Assembly (NCBI GenBank): GCA_025357055.1
Contig: JANXPZ010000003.1
Location: 1-63,883 of the forward strand
DNA: 63,883 bases
Direction: 5' to 3'
Source of the DNA: Candidatus Eiseniibacteriota bacterium
GTDB taxonomy: Bacteria > Eisenbacteria > RBG-16-71-46
Part shown: positions 59,318 to 63,883 of the stretch, piece by piece
Layout of the letters: each line of letters begins with the position of its first letter
How positions within the stretch are numbered: position 1 is the stretch's first letter
The notes under the pieces: generated by a model
Told to the model about the DNA's origin: nothing
Seen by the model: only the letters and a program-made list of their open reading frames with translations
Database searches by the model: none
Made by a program: the position numbers and the translations under genes

Positions 59318-61965
59318 CGTGTCACTCCTTTGACTGCGCCCGGGCCGGACGCGGCGATCGCGGCGGCCCCTACGGTTTCCGGCCGTGCCGGTCGGCCTTC
59401 TGCAGCGGTCGCGGCGGCACGGAGCCGGGCCGGTGTCCCCGCCGACCGGCCGAAGACCAGGCGGGCCGTGCGGAACAACGTCCGGATATCGAGCAACAGC
59501 GAACGATGGTCGATGTAGTACAGGTCGTACTGGATGCGGCAGGCCATGCCCTCCGGAGCCCCGTCCGGGCAACCGGAGAGCTGGGCGATCCCGGTCACTC
59601 CGGGCAGCACCGAGAAGCGCCGCGCGAACTCCGGCGAAAGGGACTGCCAGCGCAGCACGGCGTCCTGGGTCTCGGGCCGCGGGCCCACCAGCGCCAACTC
59701 GCCGCGCAACACGTTCAGGAGCAAAGGCAGGCGATCGAGGTTGCGGCGGGCGAGCCAGCGGCCGACCGGGCCCAGGTCGCCGCGGAAATGGGCGCAGCGC
59801 AAAGGGGCGCCGAACAGGTCCTGGGTGCGCCGCTCGCCGCTGCGACGGTCGATGGGCGACTTGCCGCGAGCCGAGCGGCGGTGGCGCCAGCGGCGGTTGA
59901 GCCCCACGCACTCGAGGTGGCGGAACGGATCGCGCTGGCCCGCGCGCCGGGCCTCGAGCCAGACCAACCCCCAGGCCGGCGCGGTGAGCGCGATGATCCC
60001 GAGCGCGACCAGCACGTCGAGCGTGCGCCGCACCCGCCCCTGAGCGCGCGGCGGGTCGGCCTCGACGTCCCCGATCGCCATGGCCGGCAATTCCACCAGA
60101 TCCACATCCTCCAGGGGCGCGGCCAGGCTCTCCGGGGTCGGCTCGCGGTACTCGGGCACGATGCGCTGCAACTGCCGGCGCACCCCGTCCGAGTCCCCGG
60201 CCCGGGCGCGGGTCTCCAGCTCGTCGATGTCTTCGAGCAGGCCGGCCTCCGGCGGGGCGTCCAGGTCCCAGACCAGGATGCGCTCGTGGCGCGTGATGCG
60301 CATGCGCTCGGCGTCCGAGTGCAGCTCCTCGTAGAGCTTCTCGCCCGGGCGCAGACCCGTGTACACGATCTCGATGTCCTCGCCTTCGCGCAGGCCTGCC
60401 ATGCGGATGAGCTGCCGGGCCAGGTCGTCGATCCGCACCTGCTCGCCCATGTCCAGCAGGAACACCTCGCCCCCGCGCCCCATGGACCCGGCCTGCAACA
60501 CCAGGCGCACTGCTTCGGGGATGGTCATGAAGAAACGGCGCGCCTCGGGATGGGTCACGGTCAGCGGCCCGCCGCGCTGGATCTGCCGCTGGAAGAGCGG
60601 GACCACCGATCCTTCGCTGCCCAGCACGTTGCCGAAGCGCACGGCAGCGAAGCGCGTGTGGCTGCGATGGGAGCGGCTCTGCATCATCATCTCGCAGACC
60701 CGCTTGGTCGCGCCCATCACGCTGGTCGGGTTCACCGCCTTGTCGGTGGAGATGAGCACGAACTTGTTCACCCCGTGCCGCTCGGCTGCGTCCAGCAGGT
60801 TGCGCGTGCCCACCACGTTGTTGAGCACGGCCTCGCGCGGGTTGGCCTCGAGCAGGGGCACGTGCTTGTGCGCCGCGGCGTGGAACACCACTGTCGGCCG
60901 GAACTTCGCGTAACCCTGCTCGACCGCCTCGGCGTCGCGGACGTCGGCGACCACGGCGTGCATCGACAGCGCCGGGTACTGGGCGACCAGCTCGTTGTGG
61001 ACGTAGTAGAGCCCGTTCTCCGCGTGGTCCAGCAGGATCAGGCAGGCCGGGCTGAAGCCCGCCACCTGGCGCGCCAGTTCGGATCCGATCGAGCCGCCCG
61101 CGCCCGTCACGAGCACGCGCTGGCTGCGCAGGAACTCGGCCACCTCCGTCAGGTGCAGATGCACGGGCTGCCGCCCCAGCAGATCCTCGATGCTCACGTC
61201 GCGCATCTGGGAGAGCGCCGAACGGCCGTGCTGCAGATCGGAGAGCCCCGAGAGCGTCTTCACCCGGACGTGCGCCTCGACGCAGAATCGCGCGATCTCG
61301 CGCACCACCTTCGCCGGCAGCGTGGGGTCGGAGACGATCACGATCTCCACCCGCTGCTCTTCGATCACGCGCGGCAGGTCGGCGATGCTGCCGAGCACCT
61401 TGACACCCTCGAGCAGGTGGCCGGAGAGATGCGGGTCGTCGTCGATGAAGCCCACCGGCTGCAGGACCTCGTTGCCCGCGGGCCCGCGGCGCATCTCGGT
61501 GATCAGGTGCATGCCCGCGTGCCCCGCGCCCACGACGACCGCCCGGCCGGCCCGCAACGGCACCGGGCCCAGCACGCGCTCGCGCGAGAGCCGCCAGGCG
61601 AACCGCACGCCGCCCATGAGCACGATCTCCCACAGCCAGATCAGCAGGATGAGGCTGCGCGGGAAGAGCAGGTCGTAGGAGAAGAGGCTGATGATCGCGA
61701 GCGAGAGGGCCGAGAGCGTGACGCCCTTGACGATCTGGAAGAGCGTCACCGTGCTGGCGTAGCGCCACAGCCCGTGATAGAGGCCCGCCACGTAGAAGCC
61801 GGCCAGCGAGAGCCCGGTGAACCAGGGCGCGGCCAGCAGGTAGCCGTGCCAGAAGTCCGCGGGCACGGTGCCCTCGAAGCGCAGCAGCAAGGCCCCCGCG
61901 AAGGCCAGCTGCAGCAGCAGCGAGTAGCCCAGCGTGAGGATCAAGAAGCGCTGCGTCTTCTTCAT
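59314..61965 (-). CDS. Fusion protein: CapD/WbpM-like membrane NDP-sugar 4,6-dehydratase/epimerase plus divergent sugar-transferase domain
   Basis: ATG at 61965 (MKKTQRFLILTLGY). Four N-terminal transmembrane segments. Rossmann VLVTGAGGSIGSEL, STDKAVNPTSVMGATKRV. Then a C-terminal sugar-transferase-like domain with LDRLPLLLNVLRGELALVGPRP. Confidence 0.8.
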   Translation of the reverse strand: MKKTQRFLILTLGYSLLLQLAFAGALLLRFEGTVPADFWHGYLLAAPWFTGLSLAGFYVAGLYHGLWRYASTVTLFQIVKGVTLSALSLAIISLFSYDLLFPRSLILLIWLWEIVLMGGVRFAWRLSRERVLGPVPLRAGRAVVVGAGHAGMHLITEMRRGPAGNEVLQPVGFIDDDPHLSGHLLEGVKVLGSIADLPRVIEEQRVEIVIVSDPTLPAKVVREIARFCVEAHVRVKTLSGLSDLQHGRSALSQMRDVSIEDLLGRQPVHLHLTEVAEFLRSQRVLVTGAGGSIGSELARQVAGFSPACLILLDHAENGLYYVHNELVAQYPALSMHAVVADVRDAEAVEQGYAKFRPTVVFHAAAHKHVPLLEANPREAVLNNVVGTRNLLDAAERHGVNKFVLISTDKAVNPTSVMGATKRVCEMMMQSRSHRSHTRFAAVRFGNVLGSEGSVVPLFQRQIQRGGPLTVTHPEARRFFMTIPEAVRLVLQAGSMGRGGEVFLLDMGEQVRIDDLARQLIRMAGLREGEDIEIVYTGLRPGEKLYEELHSDAERMRITRHERILVWDLDAPPEAGLLEDIDELETRARAGDSDGVRRQLQRIVPEYREPTPESLAAPLEDVDLVELPAMAIGDVEADPPRAQGRVRRTLDVLVALGIIALTAPAWGLVWLEARRAGQRDPFRHLECVGLNRRWRHRRSARGKSPIDRRSGERRTQDLFGAPLRCAHFRGDLGPVGRWLARRNLDRLPLLLNVLRGELALVGPRPETQDAVLRWQSLSPEFARRFSVLPGVTGIAQLSGCPDGAPEGMACRIQYDLYYIDHRSLLLDIRTLFRTARLVFGRSAGTPARLRAAATAAEGRPARPETVGAAAIAASGPGAVKGVTR

Positions 61966-62228
61966 GGACTCGATCCTGCGGCGAGTGGTTGCTGCCGACC
62001 ACGGCACAGCCTGACCCGAACCCGGGAGGAGGGACTTCGGCGAGGGGCGCCGGGCACGTGGTGGTCAGGGATGGCTGCGTGTAGCTCTGGATCCGATGCA
62101 GGTCCGGGTACGCGGTCCCATGGCCTCCGAACCCGCGCCCGCGGTCACCCGGGACGATCGGCTTGAGGCACTCCGAGAACCACCCAACGCGCACGGGAGT
62201 GAAGCTTCAAGAACGCACCCCGAACGCA

Positions 62229-62244
62229 TGCATTCTATGGGCCA
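62229..62244 (-). promoter_or_regulatory. Candidate sigma-54 (-24/-12) promoter for the EPS operon
   Basis: The minus strand reads TGGCCC-ATAGA-ATGCA against the consensus TGGCAC-N5-TTGCW. GG and GC are at the correct spacing. About 265 nt upstream of the ATG at 61965. A sigma-54 activator is encoded in the same locus. Confidence 0.35.
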
Positions 62245-62296
62245 CCAATCAGGGGTGTCAAGTAAAGCGACTGTAATGTGTTAGCCGAATCGCGGG

Positions 62297-62320
62297 CTGC
62301 AATCTGCAATGGGGATTGCA
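62297..62320. promoter_or_regulatory. Candidate activator/operator site (tandem CTGCAAT plus 16-bp palindrome)
   Basis: CTGCAAT CTGCAAT GGGG ATTGCA. The palindrome TGCAAT-N4-ATTGCA lies at 62305..62320, about 60-90 nt upstream of the candidate -24 element. Confidence 0.3.
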
Positions 62321-62394
62321 CTTCGCACGAGGCCCCCGCCGAGGGCTGGGAAGTCACCCACGGCCCTGCCGGGCGCGCGCGCCTCATCGAAACG

Positions 62395-62420
62395 CCGCCC
62401 ACCCCGGACCGGGCGGGCGG
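62395..62420 (-). terminator. Candidate terminator hairpin after the aldo/keto reductase gene
   Basis: 10-bp GC-rich stem with one mismatch and a 6-nt loop, beginning about 8 nt after the stop at 62428. Followed on the minus strand by GGCGUUUCG. Confidence 0.35.
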
Positions 62421-62427
62421 GAGCGGC

Positions 62428-63345
62428 TCAGGGATCGACGCCGCGGAGCCTCTCGAGCAGGTCGGCGGGCAGCGGCGGACCATCGGAGACCGAGAGGTTG
62501 TCCACCAGGTGGCGGGGGTCCGTCGTACCGACGATCGCCGAGGTCACACAGGGATTCTCGAGCACGAAGCGGAGCGCGGCATGGGGGCCGTGCCAGCCTT
62601 TCCAGTCGTGAAGGAACCGGAGGGAGCGGCCCTTCGCGACGTCGCGACGGAAGTTCTTGAGCGCCCGGAGCAGATACCAGATGCGCGCCCGTGACGTCGG
62701 CCGGAAGAGCGACGACTCGTAGACCACATGGGCCATCGGCGACCGCGCGAGCACCGCCTTGCCCGCAGCCTCCGCGAGCCGGGCGACGCGCTCGCTGTCC
62801 CGTTGATGAAGGATGTTGTAGGTCAGCATGACGCAGTCGAAGACCCCGAGCTCGATCGCCCTCGCGGCGAGCGCCGAATCGGTGGAGAGGCCGACGAAGC
62901 TCACGAGCCCCTCCTGCTTGAGCGCAGCGAGCGCCCCCAGCGTGCCCTCGTTCTCGAGGACGTCGGGGGACGGCGAGTGGAGCTGGACGAGGTCGAGATG
63001 GTCGGTTCGGAGATTCCCGAGGCTGGCCTCCACGGAGGCACGGATGCCGCCGGCGCTCCAGTCCTTCACGACCTGGCCCCGTTCGAGCCGCGAACCCACC
63101 TTCGTCGCCAGGAAGACGCCATCCCGCCGCCCCCCGAGGATCCTCCCGAGGCGCGGCTCGGCATTCCCCCCGGAGTAGTTCGGCCCCGTGTCCAGCAGGT
63201 TGACGCCGTGCTCGAGCGCGAGGTCGACGATCTCGGCGGCCCGCTGCTCGGGGAACGAGCGGAGCCCCCAGTAGCCACCGCAGCCGAGCCCGATCTCCGA
63301 GACCATGACCCCGGTGTTCCCGAAACTGCGCTTGGCGACGGTCAA
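62428..63345 (-). CDS. Aldo/keto reductase
   Basis: 305 aa. TTG start with GGGAGGAG upstream. GLGCGGYWG, LLDTGPNY, FLATKVG, VQLHSP. Confidence 0.85.
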   Translation of the reverse strand: MTVAKRSFGNTGVMVSEIGLGCGGYWGLRSFPEQRAAEIVDLALEHGVNLLDTGPNYSGGNAEPRLGRILGGRRDGVFLATKVGSRLERGQVVKDWSAGGIRASVEASLGNLRTDHLDLVQLHSPSPDVLENEGTLGALAALKQEGLVSFVGLSTDSALAARAIELGVFDCVMLTYNILHQRDSERVARLAEAAGKAVLARSPMAHVVYESSLFRPTSRARIWYLLRALKNFRRDVAKGRSLRFLHDWKGWHGPHAALRFVLENPCVTSAIVGTTDPRHLVDNLSVSDGPPLPADLLERLRGVDP

Positions 63346-63508
63346 GTCCTGTCTCCTCCCTCTGCGAGACCTCGTCCGCGGTCGACGGCCGGAGCGGGCC
63401 TGGCGACGGCCCCGCTGCGAGACTCCACCGTCACGGCCAGGTCAGTGCCCATGCCGGGGGTACGATGAAGCCCGCGGAGGTTGCTCCGCGGGCGGGCGTT
63501 CACAAGGC

Positions 63509-63584
63509 TGGTAGCGCTACGGGGATTCGAACCCCGGTCTGATGGCTGAGAACCATCTGTCCTAGTCCCCTAGACGATAGCGCC
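63509..63584 (-). tRNA. tRNA-Glu (anticodon CUC)
   Basis: Hand-folded 76-nt cloverleaf: GGCGCUA-UC-GUCUAGGGGACUAGGAC-A-GAUGG-UUCUCAG-CCAUC-AGAC-CGGGG-UUCGAAU-CCCCG-UAGCGCU-A-CCA. The D-arm matches the bacterial tRNA-Glu type. G1-U72 wobble. CCA is encoded. Confidence 0.9.
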
Positions 63585-63716
63585 ACGAAACAGGCGGGGA
63601 ATCTATCCACCGGTACGGAGAGCGTCAAGCGCCTCCTGCCGCTCGCATCCATCGGCGATCGGAGCGCTGAGCGCTGCCAGCGTCCATGGACGCCGCAGGC
63701 GCGCGTACCGAAGAGA

Positions 63717-63790
63717 TGGCTGCCCGGCAAGGATTCGAACCTCGACTAACTGGTCCAGAGCCAGTCGTGCTACCGTTACACCACCGGGCA
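63717..63790 (-). tRNA. tRNA-Gln (anticodon CUG)
   Basis: Hand-folded 74-nt cloverleaf: UGCCCGG-UG-GUGUAACGGUAGCAC-G-ACUGG-CUCUGGA-CCAGU-UAGU-CGAGG-UUCGAAU-CCUUG-CCGGGCA-G-CCA. U1-A72 is typical of tRNA-Gln. CCA is encoded. Confidence 0.9.
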
Positions 63791-63883
63791 ATCAAGGCGA
63801 TGCGGCAGGAAATGTAACCCAAGGCCGCCGTCCCGGACAAGGAGCCGAATCAAGCCGTCTAAAATGTAACCCGTGGGTGGATC

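Noticed and set aside
63585-63716. The 132-nt spacer between the two tRNA genes, which contains AGCGCT palindromes, as a possible small RNA.
   Set aside because: There are only short self-complementary hexamers and no convincing stem-loop or promoter.

Overview
High-GC (about 70% by eye, not computed) bacterial chromosomal segment, densely coded and mostly on the minus strand. Roughly 19 gene junctions are 4-nt ATGA/GTGA start/stop overlaps. Most long ORFs in the six-frame track are GC-driven shadow frames or false N-terminal extensions, so many starts were re-placed by hand. Left to right: (1) housekeeping genes: nrnA-like fragment, pdxT, pdxS, cysteine desulfurase, apbC. (2) A visibly lower-GC five-gene cassette (about 4.2-9.3 kb). 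All five products carry a signal peptide (a gingipain/C25-like protein, an NlpC/P60-like protein, a repeat protein, a lipoprotein with a Cys-rich tail, one unknown). The cassette is bracketed by an imperfect 82-95 nt inverted repeat. (3) One long co-directional array: rarA, cbiOQM, comF, aroE, lgt, rodA, mrdA, mreDCB. (4) An outer-membrane module: a 713-aa predicted beta-barrel plus two paralogous lipoproteins, and a convergent porin-like gene. (5) Cell-envelope hydrolases: a C40 peptidase, an M6 metalloprotease with a FlgD/T9SS-like C-terminal domain, and an M23 peptidase. (6) ileS, followed by an HNH endonuclease gene sitting between direct repeats that duplicate the ileS 3' end. (7) A roughly 24-kb exosortase/PEP-CTERM-type exopolysaccharide locus: PrsK/PrsR-like two-component pair, TPR lipoprotein, EpsI, exosortase, glycosyltransferases, deacetylase, Wzy-like ligase, Wzz-BY-kinase fusion, Wza-like exporter and two fused phosphoglycosyl-transferase domains. 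It has a candidate sigma-54 promoter and an upstream palindrome. (8) An aldo/keto reductase, tRNA-Glu(CUC) and tRNA-Gln(CUG). No CRISPR array, rRNA, transposase or integrase was seen. The best candidates for something undescribed are the repeat-bracketed secreted-protein cassette and the barrel-plus-two-lipoproteins operon. All family calls rest on motif recognition from memory, not on searches.
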